Assembly (NCBI GenBank): GCA_000004985.1
Contig: GG738894.1
Source of the DNA: Naegleria gruberi
Lineage: Eukaryota
Reading direction: 5' to 3' (one strand)
Length of the DNA: 64,000 nucleotides
Part shown: positions 23,102 to 34,085 of the stretch, one piece after another
Numbering within the stretch: the stretch's first letter is position 1
Layout of the letters: each line of letters starts with the position of its first letter
Translations under genes and position numbers: made by a program
Notes under the pieces: model-generated
Told to the model about the DNA's origin: nothing
Database searches by the model: none
The model's input: the letters and a program-made list of their open reading frames with translations, nothing else

Positions 23102-24022
23102 TTACTTTTTCCTACAGACAACTCCCCAGTTATCTTTTTCGTAATACATATTCTTTACAAACTCAAAATCGAATGATTGAACTTTTTCTCCAGTTTGTGG
23201 ACAAGTTGTGAAGGATGCTTCTTCGACCAATTTTTCCAATTCTCCTTCTTTGAACAAGTGATAAAATCTCTTGTAGACCTTTTCTCCATCTTCTCCTTGA
23301 ATAAAGTTTTCAGCATTTTGAGCTGGTTTCTTATCAAATTGTTTTTGTAAATGCCAAGGTACAAAGACATCTTGTTGTGGATACCTGTAGGAAGGTGTTG
23401 AAGAATCTTGTGACTTTTTCTTTGATTGTTGCTCAAAAGCCCAAACATAGATTAAAACTTCACCTCCTTGTTTACAAACTCTGAATAATTCTCTAATGGC
23501 ATTCATTCTTCTTTCAGGTGTAGCAAAATGGTGAATGACAGCCACACTAATCACAACATCAAATTTTTCTGATTTAAATGGTAATCTAGTATTATCGGCA
23601 ACCATAACTTCCAAATCTCTTCCTTTACAAATTTCAGCAAGTCCATCACTAATATCAGTACCAATAAAACAATTACTAGTTGAAATTTTTGATAATTTGT
23701 TTCCTCTATTAAATTCAAGAGTTTCCTTCCATGATTGCATATATTTACCATTTCCGCATCCGATATCAGCAAACAAACAATTTTCCTTTCCGAGAATATA
23801 TTCATTAATAAATGGCCATCTAGAATATCTAGTATTTGAAAAGTGTGGAGCAATTTCATTATAAACTTGTGTTACAAATTGTTTTTCAAATTGATGTAAT
23901 TGCATAGAATCATTTTCAACAGTATTAATGACACGATTAGCATCCAATTCGGGATCAATTTGTTGTGCTGTTGTTGAAGAAGAGGAAGAGGCAGCAGATG
24001 ATGAAGATTCTTGTTCACTCAT
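23102..24022 (-). CDS. TRM9: tRNA (mcm5U34) methyltransferase, Trm9/ALKBH8-MT family
   Basis: ORF of 306 aa with ATG at 24022. It matches Trm9/ALKBH8 methyltransferase motifs closely: VYNEIAPHFSNTRYSRWPFI, FADIGCGNGKY, GTDIS, ISVAVIHHFATPERR, GGEVLIYVWAFEQ. Confidence 0.9.
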   Translation of the reverse strand: MSEQESSSSAASSSSSTTAQQIDPELDANRVINTVENDSMQLHQFEKQFVTQVYNEIAPHFSNTRYSRWPFINEYILGKENCLFADIGCGNGKYMQSWKETLEFNRGNKLSKISTSNCFIGTDISDGLAEICKGRDLEVMVADNTRLPFKSEKFDVVISVAVIHHFATPERRMNAIRELFRVCKQGGEVLIYVWAFEQQSKKKSQDSSTPSYRYPQQDVFVPWHLQKQFDKKPAQNAENFIQGEDGEKVYKRFYHLFKEGELEKLVEEASFTTCPQTGEKVQSFDFEFVKNMYYEKDNWGVVCRKK

Positions 24023-24535
24023 TTTTTAAAAAATTAAAATTAGAAAAATGCTTTTTCATAGATGTACAGATTTCTGGAATAATTTTTCAATCTATGTCGA
24101 TACTTGATGAACTTGTTATTGGATTGCAAGATAGGCGGAATGTTTGAATAATATCGTTCCATTCCAATGGGACAATTCAACGCTTGGTAAAATTTGCGTT
24201 AGCTTTGTTAAAATCTTATCCACGTGTGCTGTCCAGGTTTCCTTAATGGAGGGAGATGCAACCATTTTTCATAGTGTTTGTCCTTAAATCCTTATGTAGA
24301 ACTGCTTATTCATTTAAGGAGCAAAGAAAAATGCCTCATCGTCCAGGTTTGGGTAAATCACGCAAAAGCAGAGGGGCTTTGATGATGCCTCTTTGTTCTG
24401 AAATAGAAATTTAAACAGGCGCAAACACTCTCGAAAAAACCAACCAAACAACATTAAGCTGTGTTATATTTCAATTAAAACTGAGAGTATTGCTGATATC
24501 CAATAACCAAAAACTCAATACTTGAATTTCAAAGT

Positions 24536-25381
24536 ATGGACAATCGTTCAGCTTTTCTTGCCTCAGATTATTCAATTCTTCAACTTGTCCAAACAATGTT
24601 TCATGTCTTACTCCTCATAATTGCCAAAATACTTGATACACTATATAGCTCGTTTGTATTTGAGGTAGAGAGTATAAGCAACAATGGCTCCACCTCAATC
24701 ATAACAAATAGGAGAGGTAATTCTTCAGATAATATAACTGACGAAGACAATGATGATGAACCACCATTAAGCAAACAACACTCCAAGAGAGAACACATTA
24801 CATTTCAAACTCCTTCCTCTACACCATCATCGGATCTGAATCCAATCAGCAAACCTTCAAATCATCCATTAAGGCGAATGAGTAATTTGTTCTTCTTCAA
24901 CAATGACTCTATAGATACTAGGCTTGATGAATTAATAGATGATGATTCAATATTATGGAGGAAGAGAGCCATATCGGCGCCCTCTGATGTTTTGCCCAGC
25001 CCCTCAAACTCACCAGAAAGTAACACTAACAATGAGCAAAATGATAATATGATTTTAATTGAGGACACTCATAAACAATTATCAACATTGAACGAAGAAC
25101 AATATAGCGAACAACAACAACCAATTTTGACCACGAACGATGAGGCTCAACCAGCAATGAACATTATAGAAGAGCATTCTAGTAACAATTCAAAGAGAAG
25201 AGGATTCCTTACCAAATCATCTTCCACAAATACACCTCCTCAAAGAACAAAGCAAAAAACCTCCCCTACTACCAATGGATCATCATTTACTCCACCTCCT
25301 CTGGGAAAAGGCAATTCTTTTGTAGAGCTTCGAAAGCAATTAACAGAGTTTGAATTTCCAAAGAAAAAATCAGAGGATTAA
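24536..25381 (+). CDS. Hypothetical Ser/Asn/Thr-rich protein with an N-terminal hydrophobic segment
   Basis: ATG-initiated ORF of 281 aa. It has a hydrophobic stretch (ILQLVQTMFHVLLLIIAKIL) followed by low complexity. No domain was recognised. Confidence 0.5.
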   Translation: MDNRSAFLASDYSILQLVQTMFHVLLLIIAKILDTLYSSFVFEVESISNNGSTSIITNRRGNSSDNITDEDNDDEPPLSKQHSKREHITFQTPSSTPSSDLNPISKPSNHPLRRMSNLFFFNNDSIDTRLDELIDDDSILWRKRAISAPSDVLPSPSNSPESNTNNEQNDNMILIEDTHKQLSTLNEEQYSEQQQPILTTNDEAQPAMNIIEEHSSNNSKRRGFLTKSSSTNTPPQRTKQKTSPTTNGSSFTPPPLGKGNSFVELRKQLTEFEFPKKKSED

Positions 25382-25499
25382 ATTCAATTTTCAAAAAATC
25401 CTTATTCTCTTTCAGTTTCGTCAAGTTAGAGTTCCAATCCAGTTCCTTGTTCTTTGAAGTTTGAAATATAATTAAATTCAAAAAAATATCAATTATTCA

Positions 25500-26654
25500 A
25501 TGCAATACGATTCAGAAGAATTCATTCCTCCAGCCATTTCAATAGATATTGGTTCGGGTAGGTTTAAATGTGGCTTCTCTGGAGAAGAGGCTCCACTCTT
25601 TGACATGCCAACCATTTGTGGTAGAACTGCAACATCACCAATGCATTACTACAACGGTCACAGGACTACTGGCTACCAGGCTAAACCAGATAAACCCGAT
25701 GATAAATTCTTTGGTGAGGAGGTTCTCTTGCAAAGGAGTTACTTGACAATGAATTATTTCATTGAGAATGGAGTTGTAGTGAATTGGGATAATTATGAAT
25801 ATGCAATGCATCACATGCTCTATAAGAAAATGAAAGTTGAACCAGAATGTCATCCAGTGATATTGAATAGCCTGCCTCATAATCCAAGGGCTGATAAGGA
25901 AAAAGCAACACAGATCATGTTTGAAACATTCAATATACCAGCCATTTATTTTGCAAATTCAGCACAAATGGCATTGTTTGCCTCGGGGAGAACTTTTGGA
26001 GTTTCATTATTGTGTGGTGATGGAGTTTCATTGGTAGCTCCATTCACAGATGATCTCCGTGCCAACGATGTTTATAGAATGAATTTTGGTGGAAGAGATT
26101 TGAATGATTACTTATTGAAATTGGTCATGTCGAGAGGAAAATGTTCATTGACAGAATTTATTGGAAGGGAAGTCATGAGGGAAATTAAGGAAAGTGGCTA
26201 TTTCACATGTGACACCTCTGAGAAGATAACGAAAAAGTATTTTACTTTACCTGATGGATCCAGGATTGTCATGGAGGAGGAATTATTGGAATGTACAGAA
26301 CCATTATTTAATGTTGAATTGATTTCATCGAGTTTTCAATTTTCTGGTTTGCACGAAATGTTAAATCATTCCATTTCTAACATGCCAATTGAATATAGAA
26401 AAGATCTTTATTCGAATATAGTTCTCTCAGGAGGAACAACACTTTTCAATGGATTTAAGAAGAGATTGGAAAGTGAAATGGATTCCATCTCAAAATCAAA
26501 ACTTTCCATTATTGCTCCTTCTCAAAGAAACCATTCCATTTGGTTAGGTCAATCAATCTATAGCTCCCTAGAATCATTTCAATCCATATGGAAAACAAAG
26601 GAAGAATATGATGAATCGGGTCCAGGTGTTGTGTCACGAAGGCCTTGTTGGTAA
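25500..26654 (+). CDS. Divergent actin-like / actin-related protein
   Basis: The 384-aa ORF is collinear with actin: IDIGSGRFKCGFSGEEAP, NPRADKEKATQIMFETFNIPAIYFANSAQMALFASGRT, GGRDLNDYL, LPDG, IVLSGGTTLFNGFKKRLESE, WLGQSIYSSLESFQSIWKTKEEYDESG. Confidence 0.9.
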   Translation: MQYDSEEFIPPAISIDIGSGRFKCGFSGEEAPLFDMPTICGRTATSPMHYYNGHRTTGYQAKPDKPDDKFFGEEVLLQRSYLTMNYFIENGVVVNWDNYEYAMHHMLYKKMKVEPECHPVILNSLPHNPRADKEKATQIMFETFNIPAIYFANSAQMALFASGRTFGVSLLCGDGVSLVAPFTDDLRANDVYRMNFGGRDLNDYLLKLVMSRGKCSLTEFIGREVMREIKESGYFTCDTSEKITKKYFTLPDGSRIVMEEELLECTEPLFNVELISSSFQFSGLHEMLNHSISNMPIEYRKDLYSNIVLSGGTTLFNGFKKRLESEMDSISKSKLSIIAPSQRNHSIWLGQSIYSSLESFQSIWKTKEEYDESGPGVVSRRPCW

Positions 26655-27301
26655 AACAAGGTGCAACTTATTCTTGCCATATATTCTACAAAATCAGTAT
26701 TATCCTTACAGTAGTGATGATTGTAATTATGCAAGAAGGTAGTTGTCTTGCTCTCTTTATAGTGTAATTAGTGCCACGTTTGGTAGAGCAAGAATGGACC
26801 AAGGAAACAAAATACATTCGAAACAAGCCTATTGACTTTACCTCAATCAAAAAAAATTTTATTTCAGTGTAGCTGATCCCAATAGGATCATGAGGTATTA
26901 TCTTGAATTAAGAGAACCTCAATCAAAAAAAATGTTTTACTTCCTCATTAGCATGATCATGATTGTGTGGATCAATATTTCCATACAGCATTTCTTTATC
27001 CGAATCAGCGATATGTATCTGGGCTCTTTCTTTTCTGAAATCGTACCATGAAGAATTTCCAATAACACAATCCACCCATGAGGTTTGTTAACAACAAACT
27101 CAAAAATCAAAACAAGCCTTTTCATTACTTTCATCAATTCATCCATCAGAGAAGAAGTAAATAATCAAGTAGCAGAGAGAACAACAAATGAACATGTTCT
27201 TTAAATAGCCTTCATCAATTTAAAAAACCAAATAAAAAAACAAATCAAACTCATCAACAGCACCTACACCCACATATAATTTTTCATCACATATTATCAT
27301 C

Positions 27302-28170
27302 ATGTATATGCATAACTTGAGTAGAGTTATTACAATAATTCCAAATGATTCTGTGGAATTATTGTCGAATAATAGTAGTAATATCACGAATCAAAGTGCT
27401 ATTTCTGCTACTACCATTAATAATGGTGGAAATGTAATAAATAATGATGATTCGGATATTGATACATTGGTGGATGAAATTGTAAATGGAGAACAAGTGG
27501 ATGAATACTTTTTTAATTGTGCAGGTTTAATTTCGAATTTGGAATATGTTAAACAAGTGATAGAAAAGAAGAAAACTGGAAATTTGATTGATTTGGTTTG
27601 TTTCACATATGAATTTTTTATTGGAATGTTTTTGTGTTTTGGATATTTTTGAAAATAATTGAAAAATAGATGGGTAGGAATATATTACATCATGCCTGTA
27701 AATGGGGAAACTTGAATATTGTCCAATATGCCATTTCGAAAGGAGTTTCGGTTAATTTGAAAGATATCCATGGAAACACTCCAATTCACTTTTGTTGTGA
27801 GGAAGGTTATACTGATATTGTGACGTGTTTACTTCATCATCCAAATATTAAAGCAACATTGAAGAATAAGGTAAGAACAATCTCATTTCCATAACTAATA
27901 ATTCTTATGAAACCTTTCGAATAATTCTAAAATTTAGGACGGTGCAACACCAAAGAGAAAGGCTCAATATTCTGGCTATTCAAACGTAGTTCTCTTACTG
28001 GAAAGATATTTGGGCAATATTTATGTAAGTTGTTGAATATTTTCACAAATTTCGTTTCGAACTATTTTCATTAGCTGTTTAAGGAAAATTTGAAAAATCA
28101 AGTAATTGATGTTGAGGAAACTTATTCCAACTACAAATTGAGTGATATTTCAATAAGGATAGTTGATTAA
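27302..28170 (+). CDS. Ankyrin-repeat protein
   Basis: Exons are 27302-27595, 27670-27870, 27938-28024 and 28075-28170, with introns of 74, 67 and 50 nt (GTTTGT, GTAAGA, GTAAGT donors). ANK motifs are GRNILHHACKWGNLNIVQYAISKGVSVNLKDIHGNTPIHFCCEEGYTDIVTCLL and DGATPKRKAQYSGYSNVVLLLERYL. The last intron and exon are less certain; the alternative is a stop at 28034. Confidence 0.78.
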
Positions 28171-28382
28171 AAATTTAATTACCCTTTGATCTTATTTATT
28201 GTAAAAACATTACAATGAAGAGTTTCATTCTCCCAGAAGGGAAATATTGAAAAAATCTTTTTCCACTGACCACAGTATTGTTGTAATCAAGATCAGAGCG
28301 AACTCTAAAAGTCCATTGAATATATCGCCACCACCTTTCATCTTGTGAAAAATAATATCATCACAAAAAAACGAGTTTAGAG

Positions 28383-31300
28383 ATGGTTATTATTCGAAAG
28401 GTTTACTTGTCTAAACCTTGGTGGTTATTTGTGCTACTGTTTAGCTGCATCGTTTTCACAATACACAACAACAACCTTGTTCATTCTAAATCGCCTTCTC
28501 TATACATTCCACAAGTTTCGGATACAAGCCAGACTAATAACATTCCATCTTCTCTATCATCAACAAGTTCCACCTCATCGGATAAATGTAAAACAACTAA
28601 TCCCTTCATATTTTCCCTTCCTACACCATTCTTTCACTGGGCAGAATCGGATTTCAATAACATTGGTTCGAAAGCTTTTTATGAAAATAATTGTTTACAA
28701 ATTGAACAAGTAAATAGATATAATGGATATATTCCATATGATCAAGTCAAGAAATCTCTCACCACCACTTCGACAACATCTAATATTGCAGAATTTTTAA
28801 TCATTGACGATTATTCACTTTTCAAATTGTGGAAAGACAATATTACAAACTTCAAGCTCATTTCACAATTTGCCAAATCAACGAATCTAATTCTAATGTC
28901 CAAGAAGGAAAAACAAATTACATCGATGAGAGATTTGAAAAATAAGAAGGTTGCTGTTTGTCAACATCATTTGGAATATTTGATTTATGAATTATATAAA
29001 CTAGGAATGAGTTTGAGTGATATTAAATATGAGATTGTAAATTATGACCTCATGTATATGAGGGTTTTATATGAAGATATTGATGCATACTTTGTGGATG
29101 ATCGATACATTTTCACACAAGTGAGAAAGACAACTACAACTCTTTATTATCCTAGAGAGTTTAATATTATTGAATCATCACTCAATTATACAAAGGATGG
29201 AATCAACATGTTCAGATATGGTATTATTGTGAAAGATAATCCAAGTGTTAGTGGGCTTGAAGAAATTACAAGAAGATTCTTACTGACACAAACTCAAATG
29301 TACACCTTTTGTAGAGATAATCCTTTGGAGTGTTTTGAAAGATGGGTCGTCTATGATTACATGATTGATAATTTGAACAATTTATTGTGGCCTTCTATTG
29401 ATGGTTTTGGAAATATTAGTAGAGTTTCAATTACAAATTCAATGTCTATATATTTGGGAAGAAATCCAACTTCAACAGAATCAAAAATATTTATCAACCA
29501 GTTTGTCAATTCAACCATAATGGATGAGATTATTTCGAATTGTACTGATAATTTGTGTACAGGCATAGATGGATCTGTATTGAATATTACAGGACTTGCC
29601 TATTCAGATGCAACTCCAACATTTTGTGAGGATTACATATTCCCATATCCACTCTCTTGTAAGAGATATTACTTGTACTTTAGATTGTACTGCTCATTTG
29701 TTCCATTCCTTATTGGTTCCCTAATTAATTTGATATTTGCTGTCATTGTTCCATTCATGAGAAGTGAACACTTGATGAAGCATCGTTTCATAGCCCCATT
29801 TGTAACACCAGTTTGCTTTTCAGGATTTTTACTCTTCTCTGCTATATTATTTTGCAGGTTTTCCTATTTTCCTGAGAATGTCATTTACGGTTTGGCAAGT
29901 GCCTGTATCGTTACAGTTATTATTACACGTTCCATGAATGTGATTCGTTACTTTTATGTGAGAAATATGTTCAAGCTCATGAAAAAGAGGAATAAGAATG
30001 AAAATAATGGATCAGCATACAATTTCTCAATGAAAGAAGATAAGGAAGTATTGGATAGGAATATTCGGTTTCACAGAGTTGCAGCATCCAAATTGGTCTT
30101 TGTTATTATTTGGATAGTACTGGTAGTACTTATTGCTCCGTCATTTTTCATAGCTCAATACTATGCTCCGGAGAATTATATTATAAGAAATGGAATTTCC
30201 ATTATTGTCTATGTATTGGCAACATTTTTCATGGTTTTCCTCTTTATTTTTGATTTGATTGTTAATAGAAAGAGATTGAAAAAGAGAGGTTTCATTTCCT
30301 TCATTCTATTCGACGATCCACTATTGTACAGATTGGAATTATTATTGTGTGGGTTTGAATTGATTTCAATTGTTTGGATTTCTCTCAGTGATTACTATGT
30401 CTATAACATTGCTGCCTTCTCTGCACAAGCTGTTGGTTTCCTTTCTTTGGGCCTTTCTGGTGCTGTAACATGGTCTTATGGATTTGCAGCAGCTGTCATT
30501 CTCTATAGACGTGGCAAGAAGTTTATCATGTCCAAAGTTTATAGAAGAAGAGCAATGAAAAGTAATTCAAACCTCTCTACAGAATTGAGTGGAAGTGCAA
30601 TCCAAGCTGATTTCTTGGAAAAGTTAATTGAAAATGATGATTTTTATTCTCTTCTTGAAGGTATGTTATAGATTGAATAGTTACGAATTTAATGCTTGTA
30701 TAGATTATGCTAAGAAGGAATTCTCATCGGAAAATCTCTTCCTTTACAATGTAAGTTTTCATTAACTCAATCCTCATTTACATGTTCAATCTTTTTGGCA
30801 ATAGATACTGAGACAATATAGAAAAAGGAGAGAACTCTACATTTCGGATTTACTGTTCATTTACAATAATTATGTAAAGAATTATTCACCATTTGAAGTG
30901 AACGTCTCCTCTGAAACTAAGAAGAGCGTTAGAGAAATTCTCTACACTTACCATATGATTGAGTCAGCAACTTCTAAAGACAGATTCTCTAAAAGAATCA
31001 CCCAATTTCCAACAGATATTTTCCCAAATTATGATTCATTCTCGGGAGCTACTCCTTATCAGGCCTTTGATGATGTTCATTCATCGCCAAAACTTGCAAG
31101 TAAGGCGACCATGCCACCTTCATTTCAGAATAACAACTCTCCAATGATGGGTCGATTTAAAGATAGTTTCAGAAAGCTATCATCTGTTTCAGATAGTGAA
31201 GCAAGTAGGGGGGATGATCTTGTTGGAGATGACGCAGATATAGGATCAGATCAAAGCAGAACTCCTAGAAGAAGTACTGTAAGTGGAGGGGGACCAGTTA

Positions 31301-31449
31301 TTCCATTCAATCAAATTCAAGCACTTTACAATGATGTTACACAGAATGTTATGGATACTTTCAGTAGATTATGTGAAACGAGTGAATATCAGCAATGGGA
31401 ATCCCTTAATAATATGGCATTGTTCATCTCCAATAAGGAATTGGCTTGA
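28383..31449 (+). CDS. Seven-transmembrane RGS-domain receptor with an extracellular solute-binding-protein-like domain (7TM-RGS, copy 1)
   Basis: Exons are 28383-30660, 30704-30750 and 30805-31449, with introns of 43 and 54 nt (GTATGT and GTAAGT donors) and phases checked. The N-terminus is signal-like (WWLFVLLFSCIVFTI). The ectodomain carries a type-2 PBP pattern (ITSMRDLKNKKVAVCQHHLEYLIYELYKLGMSLSDIKYEIV...YEDIDAYFVDD). Seven hydrophobic helices follow. The RGS box appears only after splicing (FYSLLE|DYAKKEFSSENLFLYN|ILRQYRKRRELYISDLLFIYNNYVKNYSPFEVN...). Confidence 0.85.
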
Positions 31450-31587
31450 GATAAAAAGTGCTTTGCTCATTTGTAAAATGATAAGCTGAGACACCTTTCT
31501 TTACCCAAATAATGGGCTGGACTCATTTTGTTCTGAGATACGCTTTATCTTAAAGAAATTTTTTTAAAAGTGAATAAAAAGTTTAAT

Positions 31588-31660
31588 CGCCCCACGTGGG
31601 GCTCGAACCCACGACCGTTGGATTAAAAGTCCAACGCTCTACCGACTGAGCTAGCAGGGC
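31588..31660 (-). tRNA. tRNA-Lys-UUU: tRNA-Lys (anticodon UUU)
   Basis: The reverse complement is GCCCTGC TA GCTC AGTCGGTA GAGC G TTGGA CTTTTAA TCCAA CGGTC GTGGG TTCGAGC CCCAC GTGGGGC G. This folds into a full 73-nt cloverleaf. The acceptor stem has two G-U pairs, the T-loop is canonical and CCA is not encoded. Confidence 0.97.
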
Positions 31661-31863
31661 TGCTCGTATTTGACATAAAATGTTTTTTCATGAAAATAAC
31701 AAGCGAGATTTTCATTATATGAACAATGAACATCCTCCTTGTTTGTTGATGTCACCAAGCAAATGAACCTTCGTGGCCAAATAAATCCACCACAAGAAAT
31801 TCACCTTTTTCTCAATCCAAAAAAAATAGATTTAAAACAATCCATATATTTACAAACAGTAAA

Positions 31864-33315
31864 ATGTCAACACCAAACAACAAATTGTCAGTTCGTGTCG
31901 ATGGCAATCAAATTAGTTTCTACTCACCAAACGATCCCGATGATAATATCATCATTACCTTCCATAGAACTTTACGTATACCTGATGATGGTAAGATTTA
32001 TCCTCTGCCACCATCATTAGGTAATTTCCCTGTAAAGAGAGTTGATGATTATCTTGATAGAGTTCCTGAAAAGTGGAAAAAGACAGGTGGTATATTTATT
32101 CCACTCTATCAACGTGAAGCCATGTGGATGGAATTCCTAAATGTAAGCTCTGAACATCCTCATGCTTTGAAGGTTGCAGTTGGTAAAGTGAATGCTTTGA
32201 GTGGTGAAATGTGGGATGAAGAAATGAAGGACAGATCTGTTCAGGATTATGTAGTAACTCCATTGCAACCATGGTTGGATGGTATTAATAGTGGAGATGG
32301 AACCATTAAACAATTCATTGCCATGCCACTCGGACAAGGATACACTGTCGAATCTCAAGTCACTGGTGAGGATAAAGTAGGAGGTGCTCAAATTATCTGT
32401 TTCAATCCAAATGAACAAAAGAGAAAGAGACAATTTGCTCCACAAGAACCAGTCAGAAGTGTTCCTCAACAACCAAAACCAATTTATCAACCACAAGTTT
32501 TATTCACACCACCTTCAATGACTTCTCCTCCTCCTCCTACTTCTTTTGGATTCTCAATGGTTTCACCTCAACCACCACAGGGTTATCAACAACATTCTGT
32601 TGTGCCATGTTGTGAATTAGTCAACTTGGGTTCATATGAAAAACAAGCTTGTGACTCTATTCAATCTCTTTCCTTTGATTGTTGTGAAAGTGAGGAATCC
32701 TATGCTCCTCCATCTGCTCCATCTTATCAAAATTCATACTCTTCACAACCATCATCATCATCATCTTTAGTATCTGATTTATTCTGTGCAACAACCTCTT
32801 CAACAGCCACCACTTTATCCAAACCACCATCAAATAGTGCACCAAAGATGAGGAAATCAAGCGATTCAAAATCTGAAAGAAAGAAAGAAAATTCATCAGT
32901 ACCTTCTTCTGTTAAGGCTCAAGAATTGGGTCTTGCATCAGGAGGTAAAATGAAACAACAAATCATTGAAGATCCATATGGAGCTGAATTCTGGGACGTC
33001 TCCACCAAGGCAAGAGTTTTCATCCACATTGTAAATAGTGAAATGTTTGCCCAAATTACTGGTGAATCTGTTCCACCAACTCCAATTTCTGCTCAAACCT
33101 ATTCCAGTTATAATTATCCTTGGTTTGATCACTACACTGAAAATGTTGGAACTATTGGAAAGAGTGAAATCTTGTCTGGAGTTAAGAGTGTCAAGCAAAT
33201 CGATGAAGAAAAGTACGCATGGTCACAACAAGATGATTCCACAGTCAAAATCAATAATGTTGTGACACACAAGGAAACATTTGATAAGAATAGTGTTAGA
33301 GATGGAGATTGGTAA
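31864..33315 (+). CDS. Conserved-looking protein of unknown function (structured N- and C-terminal domains, Pro/Ser-rich middle)
   Basis: ATG-initiated ORF of 483 aa. The N-terminal block is TFHRTLRIPDDGKIYPLPPSLGNFP...IPLYQREAMWMEF...ALKVAVGKVNALSGE...WLDGINSGDGTIKQFIAMPLGQGYTVESQVTGE. The C-terminal block is YNYPWFDHYTE...SGVKSVKQIDE. I recall similar blocks in uncharacterised fungal proteins but cannot verify this. Confidence 0.75.
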   Translation: MSTPNNKLSVRVDGNQISFYSPNDPDDNIIITFHRTLRIPDDGKIYPLPPSLGNFPVKRVDDYLDRVPEKWKKTGGIFIPLYQREAMWMEFLNVSSEHPHALKVAVGKVNALSGEMWDEEMKDRSVQDYVVTPLQPWLDGINSGDGTIKQFIAMPLGQGYTVESQVTGEDKVGGAQIICFNPNEQKRKRQFAPQEPVRSVPQQPKPIYQPQVLFTPPSMTSPPPPTSFGFSMVSPQPPQGYQQHSVVPCCELVNLGSYEKQACDSIQSLSFDCCESEESYAPPSAPSYQNSYSSQPSSSSSLVSDLFCATTSSTATTLSKPPSNSAPKMRKSSDSKSERKKENSSVPSSVKAQELGLASGGKMKQQIIEDPYGAEFWDVSTKARVFIHIVNSEMFAQITGESVPPTPISAQTYSSYNYPWFDHYTENVGTIGKSEILSGVKSVKQIDEEKYAWSQQDDSTVKINNVVTHKETFDKNSVRDGDW

Positions 33316-34085
33316 ATGTAAATTATTAAAAACTATGTAATATGTAATTAAGATTAAATTTGTAGGTTGTTTCTTATTTCTAGATATCTCAATTATAGTT
33401 TGGAGTCTTTGAAACAACTTGTATACCGTTGAACAATTCCTCATTCGTTTCAAGGAAGTACATTCTTCGACGAAGAGATATCTACTTTAGTACATTTCAG
33501 TTATTCTTACAAAAGCTATCCTTTCCACTATTCTACTTTAAAATCCAGCAGTGCTTACTTTGAACACCAACAATATTTTATCTGCTTAATACAACCTCTC
33601 CTCTTGGCCTAGGTCATGTTGTGTATTCTGCTTAAAACACTCCAAGGTACAATTTGGTAAAATTCCTTCCAAAATAGCAACTAGGGGACTTTTTACAAAC
33701 AAGGTATCGGTAAAGAGTCCACTCCAATATTCAAGCAAACTTGGAACTGCAGTAAAGGTAGTGTATTGCATCTGGAGCAGGACAGTGTCGCAACTTGGAT
33801 TAACACTACAAACTACACACCTCAGAAAGATACTAAAGCAAGAAATGAGCTAAAACAAAAAATTAGTGTGAAACAAAAAACATGTGCGACGAGAAAAGCA
33901 AGCCAAAAAGAATCGTTTCCTAATCCTTGCTTTAGGTGCGAATAGATTGTAGTGCATGGATATCACGAAGCCCTCCAGGCAAGTCATTTGCTTGTCTATC
34001 CAACAAACGACGAGCACCTTACTTTGACATGATCCTCAACACACACCTCCCTCTCTATTTTATTTGTTAACCACCCTTAAACAAA

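Noticed and set aside
24380-24401. A C-box-like TGATGA followed by a D-box-like CTGA, suggesting a C/D snoRNA. Similar GTGATGA strings occur near 21317 and 26713.
   Set aside because: The boxes are only ~12 nt apart here. At the other sites there is no properly spaced CTGA and no terminal stem, so no snoRNA structure can be built.
26937-27146. A 69-aa minus-strand ORF, with a second open frame over the same DNA ending ...GNIDPHNHDHANEEVKHFF.
   Set aside because: It is short, has no recognisable domain and gives no consistent splice model linking the two frames. I left it unannotated.
23102-31660. A possible functional link between TRM9 and the nearby tRNA-Lys(UUU) gene; Trm9 acts in mcm5(s2)U34 formation and tRNA-Lys(UUU) is one substrate.
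   Set aside because: They are 7.5 kb apart with five unrelated genes between them. Eukaryotic tRNA genes are multi-copy and dispersed, so this is almost certainly coincidence.
33586-34030. A GC-richer block upstream of the cyclase gene. It contains a 61-aa minus-strand ORF (33586-33771), good-looking splice signals (ctgag|GTGTGT...tgtcctgctccag|ATG) and an ATG-TCA-AAG-TAA start-like string at 34030.
   Set aside because: I could not assemble a consistent multi-exon reading frame on either strand, and no protein family was recognised. It may be a small spliced gene or 5'-UTR exons of the cyclase gene, and RNA-seq is needed to decide.
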